A stretch of DNA of 64,000 nucleotides from Eledone cirrhosa (Eukaryota), in contig OZ024742.1 of the NCBI GenBank assembly GCA_964016885.1, forward strand, positions 119,288,001 through 119,352,000. The letters run 5' to 3'. The position numbers and the translations under genes were made by a program. Positions 26,526 to 41,300 of the stretch are shown in pieces (the first letter of the stretch is position 1; every line of letters begins with the position of its first letter). A model generated the notes under the pieces. That model searched no databases. It worked only from the letters and a program-made list of their open reading frames with translations, and was not told the origin of the DNA.

Positions 26526-27377
26526 TTAAATTAGCCATGTCAGCTCATTTCTCTCAGCCCGGTTGTTAAGTGGGGGTCTGAGGTTCTTAATAACAAGTGC
26601 TTCCTTTATCCTTAAGGATCCGATGCTGCGTTCAGTCGCTAGGACTGTGACCAAGGGTCTACCCTGTGGGTTTCCGCATTTGAGGATATGTTTACGGAAG
26701 GAAGATGCGTTGGTGTTGATATGTTCCTTGATACGAACATGTAGGGGTCGGATGGTGCTACCTATGTAAAACTTGTTACATTTATCGCATTGAATCTTAT
26801 ATACGACATAGGTGCGTAGGCAATCTGCCCCCCGTATCGGGCAGTTGCTGAGGGAACAAGTCCTATCTGCCTCGTAGGGTTTGTTGGAGAGGCATCTTCG
26901 CAGCGAAGGTCCTGTGTGGGCCAAATGTATGTCAAGTCCCTCCGTACGTATGGCCCTGCGGATGGCGTTCGTGGTATATTCACTCAGGTGGGGGATTTTA
27001 AAGAAGCACCTGCTAATATTAAGTTTTCTAGTGGGTGTCGGTCTACTGGGTCTGGGGTCTCTAATTCCGTTAATCAGTCGCTTGGGATAACCATTAGATC
27101 TGAGTAGATTACGGAATTGCGTGGTATGGGTGAGACCACCCATCGGGTCGCTGCATCTGTTAGTGATCCGTGTCAGTTCATTTAGGACATAGCCTCTCTT
27201 AGCGTTGTTGGGGAGGGCTGAGTTATAATGCACAAATAGGTCCTTGCACGCTGCTTTGCGGTAGAAAGTGGTGTTTATGTCTCCTTGTTCCGAGATGTTG
27301 ATACGGAAGTCGAGGAGGGCGAGTGACCCGTCTTCTCCCGGGTGTTCGATGGTGAAATCGATGTGTTGGTCAGTATC
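26526..27377 (-). CDS. PLE RT C-terminus + GIY-YIG endonuclease (5'-truncated, open frame)
   Basis: IDFTIEHP..LALLDFRI..FYRK..HYNSALP, LRSNGYP, CSLSNCP..C, VVYKIQCDKCNKFYIGSTIRPLHVRIKEH, IKEA, PPLN. Confidence 0.9.
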   Translation of the reverse strand, partial: DTDQHIDFTIEHPGEDGSLALLDFRINISEQGDINTTFYRKAACKDLFVHYNSALPNNAKRGYVLNELTRITNRCSDPMGGLTHTTQFRNLLRSNGYPKRLINGIRDPRPSRPTPTRKLNISRCFFKIPHLSEYTTNAIRRAIRTEGLDIHLAHTGPSLRRCLSNKPYEADRTCSLSNCPIRGADCLRTYVVYKIQCDKCNKFYIGSTIRPLHVRIKEHINTNASSFRKHILKCGNPQGRPLVTVLATERSIGSLRIKEALVIKNLRPPLNNRAERNELTWLI

Positions 27378-28002
27378 GACATGGCTAATTTAACCATAAT
27401 GACCATTCACAGCCTACGGCCTGCTATATTCACACACACGCACGTATATGCATACCCATACGCATGCACACACACTTCTATATTTTACACGCACACATGT
27501 TTTTACAACCTACCACCTTTCACACCCTTTGATTTCCAGCTTCTACAGCCCACTATCTTTCACACACAAACGCACTCACACATATACATACACAGTTACA
27601 CACACACATGTATACCCATACGCTTACACACACACACTTCTATATTTATACACGCACACATATTTTACAACCTACCACCTTTCACACCCTTTGATTTCCA
27701 ACTTCTACAGCCCACTATCTTTCACACACACACACACTCACACATATACACACTTACACTTATACACACACAGTCACACACACATATATATTTACATACA
27801 CATATCTTAAGGCTTTCACACGCTAACGCACCCTCTTGATTTAACCCATTTGGTCAGTAGCTTTTGCCACAGCTTATCACGCGCACGCGCATTCTCTCCC
27901 TCGTTTAAATTTTAAATATTTTTCTCCCCATAACGGCATTCCTGTCTTAACGACATCACCACTTTCTCCGCTTGGCCTGTTTTCCCCCCTTTTGGAACTT
28001 TT

Positions 28003-28036
28003 CCCCCGTTGATGGGCGTGAGCCCGAAATATTGGG
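28003..28036 (+). ncRNA. Minimal hammerhead variant in pLTR (twin at ~25963-25996 minus)
   Basis: CCC(G)-UUGAUG-GGC-GUGA-GCCC-GAAAUAUU-GGG, with palindromic AAUAUU; the core is non-canonical. Confidence 0.55.
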
Positions 28037-28185
28037 ATTAAAATCTCTACTACGGTAACCCTTCTACCTTTGTTTTGTTTTCATCTTTGTCTCTCTCAAC
28101 TTTCACTTTCACCTGTTTTTCCTATCTATATTTCACTTCCTACCTCGAGATTTCCCTTTGCATTGTTGTGGCTTTCTTAAATACG

Positions 28186-28268
<83 letters not shown>

Positions 28269-29285
28269 GTAGTACATGTGTATGTGCGTATGATTGTGTC
28301 CATATATGTTTCTATGTATATAATTGGGTGTTGGTGTAATTGTGTATTTACTTTCCCTTATTGATCCAATAATTTAGCCTGCCGCTATAAGCCTACTTCT
28401 TATCTAACATCCTGTCCAAGTTTTTGACCCTATATCCTCAATTACCCCAGTTCCTTACATTCACCCCCCCCCCCAGCTTGTTGATCAGTGACTCCGCTAC
28501 CCACCAAATCAATCACTTTACGTGTAGTCCTAACTTTTTCATTCTCAGCCAAAGCTACAAAATGTTATATTCTGCAAACCTCACGGCAAACAAAATGCAC
28601 TAGCTGTTGTCTTCAGTGCTCAACCGCTCATTGGAGCTTTCATAGTTAGTTTTGGGTCAGTGATAGGATGATTCCTTAGATTTGATTCCTTAGACAAAAT
28701 TTTAATTCGGAGCTCAAACAAATGGAACAGATATCGCGAGGAATTTCGTCCAGCGCTCTAACAATTCTACTAATGCATTGCTACAGATTGTTACTTTCCC
28801 TCATCGAAATTAAAAGAGTAAAACCAATGTTGACCTAGACAGGATTTGAAATCAGAGCGCAGAGAACTGTAACAAATACAAATATATCTGTATTAATAAA
28901 TACTGACAAATGTTTTTTCAGTTTAACATGTAGATGAGATACACACTACACTGTATCTCCACTCCTAGCAATGTATAAACAAGGAAAAGATTTCCCGATA
29001 TCTATTTTACGCATAAGGAAAACATGATCTGTACTACGATTAAAAGCAATTTTAAAATGTGGCACGCGCCAATAAAATAATTCTAATGTGATTGGCCACT
29101 TCCGTAGAGGACACTTTTGTTGAGGTCATTATATTACGCCATTATGCTAAAAATATTAGGCTTTCTTCATAAGTGTATTCTTATATTTGCACGTATCGTT
29201 TTGCTTAAAATGTAAACCATATATTCGTCAATATTTCATAAGCTAAGCAACAAGGAAATAAACACGTGTGCACACTCACATACAC

Positions 29286-30794
<1,509 letters not shown>

Positions 30795-30899
30795 AAATTG
30801 ATCGGGGAAAATACAAAAGACCGCCCTGAGTACACAGATCTACAACCTTCACGACGCCACAACAGAATCAAGTAGAACAAATTTTAGGCTATTATAATT

Positions 30900-30946
<47 letters not shown>

Positions 30947-32890
30947 TGCTCCATTGTGTCAAGCGTTCAAGTTTATTTTAAGAGTTTACAGATAAAAACA
31001 AGAATAAAAGACTAAATATAAATATAATGTAAATATAAACACAAATATAGATATAAACATGATTGAAAGGGGTCCTTTGGGGAGCAGGGTTTACATTTGC
31101 CAAAGAAGAGGTTTCTGGGAGATTTGATACATAAATCCTACTGAAAAAAAAGAAAAAGGTTTTTAGTGGAGGTTTCTTTGGAGTTATGGTTTTTCCTTTT
31201 TATCTTGTGCATAAAAATCTTCAAACATGCTTCAAAATGATATTCTACCAGAAGATGCTTTTATCATCAAGTTTTCCTTCGTCTTCGCAATTTTCCATCT
31301 GCCTTTTATTCTTCTTCTCTATTGCTGGATTGACAGTATCGGCAAAGCGTTGGACACCATGCTTCGCGGCATAAAGTTACGGCCCTTTACATTCTGAGTT
31401 CAAATCCCGCTGATGTTAGCTTTGTCTTTCATCCTTACGAGGTCGATAACATAAAGTAACAGTCACACACTGAGGTAGATTTAACCGATTTTCCCTTCCC
31501 TTCAAATTGCTGGCCTTGTGCCTAAAGTAGAACCAATTGTTATTATTATGGTGGATTGGCAGTATCGGTAGAGGGTCGGACGCCATGCTTTCCAGCATAG
31601 TTACGTCCCTTTACGATCTGAGTTCAAATCCCGCCGAGGTTGACTTTGCCTTTCATCCTTACGGGGTCGATAAAATAAAGTACCAGTAATGCACTGGGTA
31701 ATTTGCTGGCCTTGTGCCTAAAGTAGAAACAATTATTATGGTGGATTTGCAGATTGGTAGAGCATCGGATAACATGCATTGAGTTCAAATCCCTCCGAGG
31801 TTAGCGTTGCCATTCATCCTTACGGTGTCGATAAAATAAAGCACCAGTAATTCACTTGGGTCGATTTAATCGACTTCCCCATCCCCAAAATTGATGGCAT
31901 TGTGCTTATAGTAGAAATCATTAATTTTACGTCTCTTTCATAAAGTGTTTAACATACATAATTTCCTTACTTTCTGATAATTCTTCATCGTCACTACAAT
32001 CGACAGTTTGTAATGTTTTGTCGTTACATATTGTTTGTGCTTACGGAGCAAAAGAACCAGCAAAAGAACCTCTGTGTTCGGGCCTGGTGTACGTGAATGT
32101 GTGTTTACTATTACTATTACCTTTCCGGTGTTTTGAATTGCATGTGACCTTGTGCATGTGGGTGTGCGAATATCCATTACTCGTATACATTGACTTGTAT
32201 TGAATACTTTATATTTGATTGTGGCTATTCTTATTTTCATCAACAATTGTTTTTATTATCACCGCGACCTAGTCCCAGAGCCCATTCACCCTCATCTTCC
32301 CTTTCCCATTCTTCTACGACACAAGAGACCTTTCCATTCCCTCATTTTTCCGTTTTTTTCTTTTTTCTTTATATTTTCATATTTTACATACCATTCTTTC
32401 TAAATTCTCTTTTTTCTTCTTTTTCTATTAAACTGTATTTACATGATATATTCTATAAACAAATTAAATTCAGCAATTGTTTTCATTGGTGGATTGGCAG
32501 TATCGGTAGAGGGTCGGACGCCATGCTTTCTAGCATAGTTACGTCCCTTTACGATCTGAGTTCAAATCCCGCCGAGGTTAACTTTGCCTTTCATCCTTAC
32601 GGGGTCGATAAAATAAAGTACCAGTAATGCACTGGATTATTGCTGGCCTTGTGCCTAAAGTAGAAACAATTATTATTTAAACCAGACGTTAAAAAAATAA
32701 GTACTGGCTGTCGATCTAATCAACATTTAACGCGGTGCCCCAACATGGCCGGGTCTAATACTCTAATAACTGAAACCAGTAAAATTGCCTCCTGTGTTTT
32801 GTTTGTTTCATCTCTCTCTCTTTCTCGCTCTCTCTCTCCCTCTCTCTCTACCCATCTATATCTATGCATATATATATATATATACAATAT

Positions 32891-32925
<35 letters not shown>

Positions 32926-34072
32926 TCACAGGCACGCACGTGCGCACACGCAGGTATATATGTGTGTGTGTGTGTGCATGCGTGTGTGTGTGTTTGTGTG
33001 TGTGTGTGAGAGAGATAGAGAGGGAGAGAAGGAGAGAGACAGTATAATTGTGCCCCTATTTGTGTAATTGTCAACATATTCAATTAGTTGTAGGTGTATA
33101 TATATATATAATTAACGTGATTACTGGTTATCCTCCTTTTCGTCAGCAGTTATATTTGCCATCATGACAACCATAGTTAGCCCTTCCTATAAACAAATAA
33201 TTCATACTTCCCAAGGATTGCCTTAACGTACTTCCTTTACGAGGAAGAGGAAATATATTGAGCAAGATTTGTTTAATCTACTTAACATATAATACTAAGC
33301 GGTCCAGCAAAAAATGAACTGCGTACATGGCATTGATCACGTACGTTACGAAACTGTCAGTGTTAATAGTGCAAGATATGATAGTGACCTAATAATATTA
33401 TCATATACTGGAAATTATCTGTGTACAAGTGATTACATGGTGCGGAGTTCAGGTCGTTGTTCTAAGTAATATTAACACGGTCAATAAACTTAGGAAATAA
33501 TTCCTTTCCGGATTTAGTAACCACATTTTAGGATCTGTGTTCTATTATTGCTGTAGTGTGTCTCCGTTATTTAACACAGTTAAGCCGGATTTGTGGATTG
33601 CAAAAATCGCTAGCGCGTCGGACGAATGCTTTCGGTGTTGATAAAATAAAGTAGCGATCAAGAACTGGGACGATTAAATTGACCTTTCCTTTCCCTTCAA
33701 ATTCGTAGCACAAGACTAGCAATTCAAATTAGAAAGCGATACAAGTACCGTCGTAAGTGTTCACCGACTAAAAATTATCTAATAGAAAGTAGGTTGAGGA
33801 ATGCTTTCACTCCTCCTCCTCCTCCCATCACCCCTCCCCTTTTACCCCCCTCTTCTCCTCCTCCTCTCTATTTCTCTCTCTAATTAAGTTCAGATTGACA
33901 TAGCTCTATAGTTAAAGAATCAATTTTTCATTTACGATGTTTCGGTATCGAATTCACTATATTGTTCATTAGCCAAGTTTCATCTCGCTTAGCCTAGACA
34001 GGATTCAAGCATTCCGAGTAAAATTCGGTAGACAGGAATCGTGCATACACCCATCAGATGGATTATATTTAT

Positions 34073-34229
34073 TACTAGACCATCCGCGACCCGTAGGGTC
34101 ACGTTCACTTCAAAATATTTAAAAAAAAATCATGTTCACTTAAAAATAATTTTTAAATAATTAAAATATACACAGACATGTATTTATTGTGAAATGAGAC
34201 TGGAAGGTCCATATATATATACGTGTGTG

Positions 34230-34312
<83 letters not shown>

Positions 34313-34688
34313 ACATATATATATGTATGTGTGTATATATATATGTCTGGGTGTCTGTGATCTATATGCATTGGTCATAGACACACACACACACATATAC
34401 ACACACACAACACCACCAGCTCTCTCTCTCTCTCTTCCATGTTCCTTCTCTGCCTCCTCTCCCTCTCTCTATGTCTCGCTTTCAATATAATCTCTCACAA
34501 CCACTATCTCTTTCTCTCTATCATTCTCTTTCTTTGTTTATGAAGGTACCCAGAAAACCCCATATCTCGGGAATCCGTGCTCCGATTTGGATCATCTTCC
34601 TTTCAAAGTATTTTCCCATCATGCACCCTTTGGGTTGTATTACATTACAGACAAGCAAGCAATCACATAATTTTACTAGTATATGGAT
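34073..34688 (+). mobile_element. Possible Helentron-associated (HINE/DINE-1-like) element
   Basis: 5' TACTAG plus hairpin CGCGACCC.TAGGGTCACG, internal microsatellites, and 3' ACAGACA..TTTTACTAGTATATGGAT. Confidence 0.4.
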
Positions 34689-35460
34689 TAAATAGTTTAA
34701 AATTACTAACTAGTACCTAGGTATCTTTAGCTGAATACACTCTTGTAAGCATTCGGACAAGATCTTTGAACTGAAGACATTAAAATCTTCCTCCATTTCT
34801 CCTACCAGTCTCGGAAGCTTTACAAAACGTTCTTTGTTATTGCCATTTCTTCAACCTAAACCCTAAAAATTCTGCATCTTCTCTATTCTGAAACTGACTA
34901 GTAATTATATTTGGTCAGAATTGGTGTAAGATATTATTTAAAATTAGAAAGCTCACACATAACCTGACGCTCGGACCATACATACAAACATTATCCTAGA
35001 ATTTATATCCAAGAACTTAAAAAAAATATTTTGTCATAAGATATTCTATGAAAACATTCAGTTTGTAATGATTTACTCTTTTACTCTTTTACCTGTTCCA
35101 GCCATCCGACTGAGGCTATGCTGGGGCACCGCCCTTGTATGATTTCTTGACATCTTGGTCGTAATTATTCAATTGTTCTCTTAACATCAACTTTGGTCCA
35201 GAGTCTAGAAACCTAGGTACCAAATATGACACACTATTTCCAACAACACATTCAAATTTGCTTCTATATTCACTTTTCTCCAAGCGAAAGCTCCTTTAAG
35301 TATATATATTAATTCTTCCAGCGTTGTAGAATTCCTGTGTCGAGGAAATTGGTTCCCTAGATGTCGTCTAGTAAACAATTGTCGTAATTTGGTGCAAGTT
35401 TATAAAACGTCTTAAAAGCTTTTAACTCGTAGACAAAATGTTATCTATCTCTCTCTCTCA

Positions 35461-35541
<81 letters not shown>

Positions 35542-35781
35542 GTAAGTATGTATACGTACATACATATATGTATACAGACGTACAGTAGTATGTACATACA
35601 TGCACACATCACATATATATATGTACGTATGGGTTTACCGAACATTTATTATAATGTTCGGTTTGTTTGTAAACAAACATCCCGAATTACGCCGTAGAGT
35701 GTTCGACAACCATCCCCGCCCTTTTGTTCAACACTGACACATAAATATGTATGTATATATATATATATTTATATACATATA

Positions 35782-35856
<75 letters not shown>

Positions 35857-35975
35857 AATATATATGTATATAAATATATATATTTATATATATAAATGTA
35901 TATATATATACATACATACATGTATATATATATATATAAATGTTTATATATATATAAATTCATATATATATATAA

Positions 35976-36076
<101 letters not shown>

Positions 36077-36097
36077 TATAATACATATATAAATAAA

Positions 36098-36129
<32 letters not shown>

Positions 36130-36130
36130 C

Positions 36131-36161
<31 letters not shown>

Positions 36162-37069
36162 ACATGTTGTCTACAACGAGTATTTCATTAGAAGCCTTTG
36201 TATGTGTGTAACTGCGTGCATGAGTGTGTGTATGTGTGCGTGCATGAGTGTGTGTATGTGGGTGTATTCCACGAGTAAATACAAATAGATAAATTAACAC
36301 AATCGCTAAAGGCAACCATAATTTCACTCTGTTTGTTGAAATGAATGGCAGCCTTTAAAGAAACTCTAAATGTTAAAGCAAAACATTACCAGAGAAAAAT
36401 TTCAAGAAAAATAATCCAAGTAGTTCTGAAGCCATTGGCTGCCAATAAATACTTCAAAATACATAGCTTAGAAATACATACAAAAATGCAAAAACTCATC
36501 GCTAGAACAGCCGTTAAGACAGCTAAATGCTATCAAAGACAGCGATTGGCTAATATCTTCTAGCGATGAGTTTTTGTACTTTTATATGTATTCAAATACA
36601 CACTCGCTTCGTCTCGATCAGAGATAACTTGTTGTTTCATAGAATAGAAAATTAAAATTCTGCGAAACTCTTTCGGATAGGAAAAATTCAACATGGTACA
36701 GTAGCAATTAACATTTCTTGAATACTTGCAACAACATAGTAAGATCATTGTATAATATTAATTTCAAACTTTGATATAAAGGTCCAAATATATCGGGGAA
36801 GTTATCGTCATTTCAGTTAATTTCAGCGTATTACTGTTAGTTATTGTTTTTCAATATTGGGAGATTAAAAGATAAAATCTCGACGCATTTAGCTTTAAGA
36901 CTATAATGAGACTACATTATATACCAGAAAGCATTTTGTCCAGGTCCTATCTATTCTTATGTGAGTGTGTCCCGGAAACACATAGACAACAGGTCCGAAC
37001 ACAAAAAACCAAACTTCCACTGTTACTGCCTCCGTCTTTCCCACTCTCTCCATCTCTCATTATTATGAG

Positions 37070-37262
37070 CAAATGCGGGCCCACGCACTGGCCGTCCCGC
37101 AGCCCCGGCGGACAGAAGAGAGAAGGTGTTTCCTCGGAGGATGATAAGGGAGATGCGCTGGAAGAGCCATTCCAGCTCGCGCGGTTCACACTTGCGGGTA
37201 GCCAACTCTTTGCCTATAGTGGTGAGCAGGGAGGTGGCCCTATCATCCACGATTCACCTGAA
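37070..37262 (-). pseudogene. CRE-clade retrotransposon C-terminal fragment
   Basis: IGKELA...EPRELEWLFQRISLIILRGN. Confidence 0.7.
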
Positions 37263-39185
37263 ACTGCTGCATCTAAACTATAATAAAGTAAGAAGCGCGG
37301 GACTGCGTACGGTTTATAATTTTTTATCCCATTAGTAAAATAAGTTGGATTACTTTGAATAAATAATGAATGAATATTACATAATTTATCTACTAAATTT
37401 CGTGGCTGTTCATTAAATATATTTTATTATTTATTTAAAGATTTACTTCTTTAAAATTTTCAAATGTCAACACTTCCGGTGGCCATCGCTTAAATAAGCA
37501 TATTAATTTTCTGTCACTAATTTTCTCCTAATGCAGTTTATATATAATATCGTCTTTTTTTTTAATGTCATGGATTACGTTACTGATTACATAAGACAGT
37601 GTAACACAGTCTCTCTTCAATTTCTGTGTATATTGTCAATTATGATTTTATTTGACGTATCATATCTACATGTATATATACTTGCGTATAATATAAATAT
37701 ACACACTACACATGCTAGCAGAAAACCACCCAAAGGGTGGTTTTTCTGCTAGTAATAGTAAATAATTGTAGGATAGGAAATTAACAGAAATGTTCTTATA
37801 CCAAATGAAATGACTACATTATTTAGCTTCTCTTTTACACCAGCTAGGTTTAAATCCCATTGAAATCACATCGATTACATCAACTATAACCTCATGCCGA
37901 CCAAGAAGTATAAATCCATTACTTAAGATTATTTACTACTTGAGAATGAGTCATAAGATCAAATTCGTTATTGGCGTTTCTTTGATCTTGTATATTTTTA
38001 TTACCAGAATCCGTTATTTCGTATCGCTGCAGATCATATGTGAAGGCGCATGGCTTAGTGGTTAGAGCATTAGGCTTGCAATCGAAAGGTTGTGAGTTCA
38101 ATTCTCGGACCGGGTGATGTGTTGTTTCCTTGAGCAAGACACTTTATTTCTCGTTGCTCCAGTTTACTCAGCTGAAAATGAGTACCAGCAATAGCTGGAG
38201 GTTTAACCCTGCGATGGACTGGCGTCCTGTCCAGGGTGGAGTCTTGTACTCTCAGTCGCTTCACGCCATGAAACCGGGATAAGCACCGGCCAAATGAGCC
38301 TTCTGGCTTAAGACAGACTTTAGACTTAGCAGATCATATAAATGTTGGGAAGTATTTATCTTGAAAGTTTAATTTCAGCCACTATTCTCTTATCCAAGAA
38401 GTATTTTATCCTTTTTTTGTCCTATTCGACAAAGCTGGAACTAAGTGCTGGTTCTTAGAAGCACATTAGACTTTAGTAACCATGCGCTTACATACCCACT
38501 TCTACATACATTAGCCATGTCACTAGTCAAGACAAACTACCATTAACTAACCGTAATTTGTTATTTCGTGAGTCAAGTAAAAAGAACATTAACAAGTTTA
38601 AACGAAACACTTCCCAAACATCACCCCACTACTTTTTCTGAATAATTTGAAAACTTTTCTTTTTAACATTCCATACATTATTTCCCCCACATAATTGAAA
38701 TAAATTGTAACTGATAGGTTTTGTATGAAAAAAAAAACAAACAAAAAACAAAACAAAAATAGAAACATACATTTTCAGAAGTATAATGCTTAAGAAAACA
38801 AAATCAAATACAAAATTAAAATACGCTAATAACATAGTAAAGCCATTATTAGATGATTAAAAACACAGTTTTGTAACTAGTTGTTTAACTTGATCAGGAA
38901 CCTCTTGAAATTCGCTATCTGCTACTTAGAGAAATTAACAGATGATGACATACTAAAAGATCTTGACTAATAGGATAAGGTCCTGTTAGGTGTAAGTGCG
39001 TGTTTTCTTCTTCTGTTGTAGCGTGCGATGCTGGCAGCCATAATATCTAGGCAAGAGTAACTAACAGACCCTACCATATGCACCAGCGAGCAACTGTTAA
39101 AACCCTTTCAAACTATCTTCTGGGAAACACACGTAATTATTCACTTAGAAATTACTGTGTTCAATATAAATCAGTAATTCAAATA

Positions 39186-39502
39186 CAGTGGAACCTCGGT
39201 TCACAAACAATTTTTCCGAACATGAAACGACTTGGTTCACGAACGATGTCTCGAGTAACGAACACGCAAGTCGGCAACAAAGGTTAGCAACAAGCTTGGA
39301 GTATCGGCAGGAGACTGTCACCTGCAGTTTAGTTAGATATTACTACTGTAATATCTATTTATCTGTCTTTCATACACAGTCTTTCTCTCACCGTATTTCT
39401 CTCAACATTTCGTAAAAAAAAAAAAAAAAACAGTTTCAGTATACGAACATTTCGTGTGACGAACGGATTTCAGGAACAAGTTCGTGAGCCGATGTTCCAC
39501 TG
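39186..39502. mobile_element. pogo/Tigger-like MITE
   Basis: TIRs CAGTGGAACCTCGGTTCAC / GTGAGCCGATGTTCCACTG with a TA duplication on each side. Confidence 0.85.
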
Positions 39503-39589
39503 TATAAGTTCTACTAAAACACATAGATCAAAATAATAAGCCTTCGGTCTTTAAAAAAAATATCTTTATACCTGTATTTTCCAAATATC

Positions 39590-40005
39590 TGTAGTGACCT
39601 ACATTCCGCGGGCTCACATACATTCTCTGTGCGTGATTTGGCTCAGCTCAGCCAATCAGCGCCAGTAGAAGAGGATATATCCCTACGCGTTCTGAGGGAG
39701 AAATAGCCCGCAAAGATTTGAGGACGCTACTACTTCCACGCTTGACCATGCTAAGTAAACACCGCTGGTTCTTTTGCTCCGTAAGCACAAACAATATGTA
39801 ACGACAAAACATTACCTACGAGCCTGGCCAAACGCCTTCAGCCAGTCGCCCGTATTTTCTCTTGTAATCATAATTGAATTATTTCATTTCTCTTGGCATG
39901 CCAGCTCAACCTCTGTTAATAAATAATGTAAAACCAAGCTAAAGTCGTTGTTGATATTCCTATCATATCTCTCTACCAAACCTGGTTCCTCGTGGCGACA
40001 TTACA
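39590..40005 (+). mobile_element. Possible solo LTR
   Basis: TGTAGTG...CATTACA ends, internal AATAAA and TGGTGAC downstream. A ~50-bp block is shared, inverted, with 32010-32061. No TSD seen. Confidence 0.35.
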
Positions 40006-40449
40006 ACAACTTCTGAAATATACTTCTCCGCTAAATCTGGTGACAACATTCTATCTACCAAATTGGTGACTTATATTCAACAAAGAGGAACATATCTTTC
40101 CTTTATATCTATTACTGCTAACAGAATTAGTTCTTATTTATCTCTATTGAATGTTTGTTATACGATAGCATCTGCTTCTAATATTCTTGCTTTCCTTTTA
40201 GTAACATTTACTGATCAGTTAAACATTTCATGATGGCGATCATCGTAGCGTTTCCTAAGAGATTACAAAAAACTTTAAAACAACTATAAATGTCATGGTA
40301 TTTTTCTTAAGTATAGTTTCGTTTTATACAAATTAAATGATTTAATATGATATCACTGTCACGACTTGCATGATGCTTACCACACAATCTACGAGACAAC
40401 ATTTTATATAACTCTTTATATATTTTTAGATTTGGACTCAAATATCCCA

Positions 40450-41300
40450 TATTTTAGAGAATGTCTACAATTACTAGCTATCATTTCATACATAATCCAT
40501 ATTTTCCATAACAACTAAAATGGGTTCTGCAAAGTCAAGTCCGCCATGATACACTTAACATCCCAAAAGGTTTTAAATTAAACATGAGAAAATAATATTT
40601 TAACAAAGTTGCTCATCTATGAATTTAAATTATGATCAAATAACCTAGGTTGGAATCTTCTAGTCAGTTAGTTCAATTTTATATACTAACAGAGCTCTAT
40701 CCATACTTAACTTTGTTAACTCAAGTCTACAATAGAAATCAGTTACCCGTGCCCTTCATCATCTGACTATAGAAATACCTAATCGCACACATATGGCATC
40801 AGATGACACCACAATTTGCTTTGAGTTTTGTAGTCGGGTAAAATTCCCATATAATGTCAATATGGTGTCCACGAGGAAGCCGCTAGACCGCCATCCATTC
40901 TTCTGCAATTAATAATAATTACTATAATACTATTCCCAACATCACCATTCACTTTAACAGCTAAGTATCCGAGCTACAAACTTTACAACATTCTCAAATG
41001 CCGTCTTGGAGGAGAAATCAATACAACAACTAATTCTGCTACAGAGGAGAAATAATAGTATTATAACTAAATTCTACATCTTCATCCACTTATACCAACA
41101 TTTCTACACATCCGCAAGTTAACTAAAACAACTCTCCATACATCCCTTTCTGCTTCATGCACTTTACTACTAAAACTATAAATAATCCGTGGCTTGCCTT
41201 CAACTACCTGATCGTGGTTATCACAACACACTCACGATATCAATTAACAATTCTAAAATACTTTCAAAAGCTTCTAAAACATCTCGAGGAACTATTTCCA
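40450..41300 (+). pseudogene. Highly decayed LINE RT remnant
   Basis: Scattered motifs GFCKVKSA..HL (~40523) and ASDDTTI (~40796) in RT order; strong A/C strand skew. Confidence 0.3.

Larger units (their letters stand above)
25767..28191 (-). mobile_element. Penelope-like element (Nematis-like), 5'-truncated with inverted pseudo-LTR, in (TA)n
   Basis: pLTR arms 25808-26541 and 27378-28191, a ~40-bp tail at 25767-25807, and an RT thumb + GIY-YIG ORF between the arms. Confidence 0.92.
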
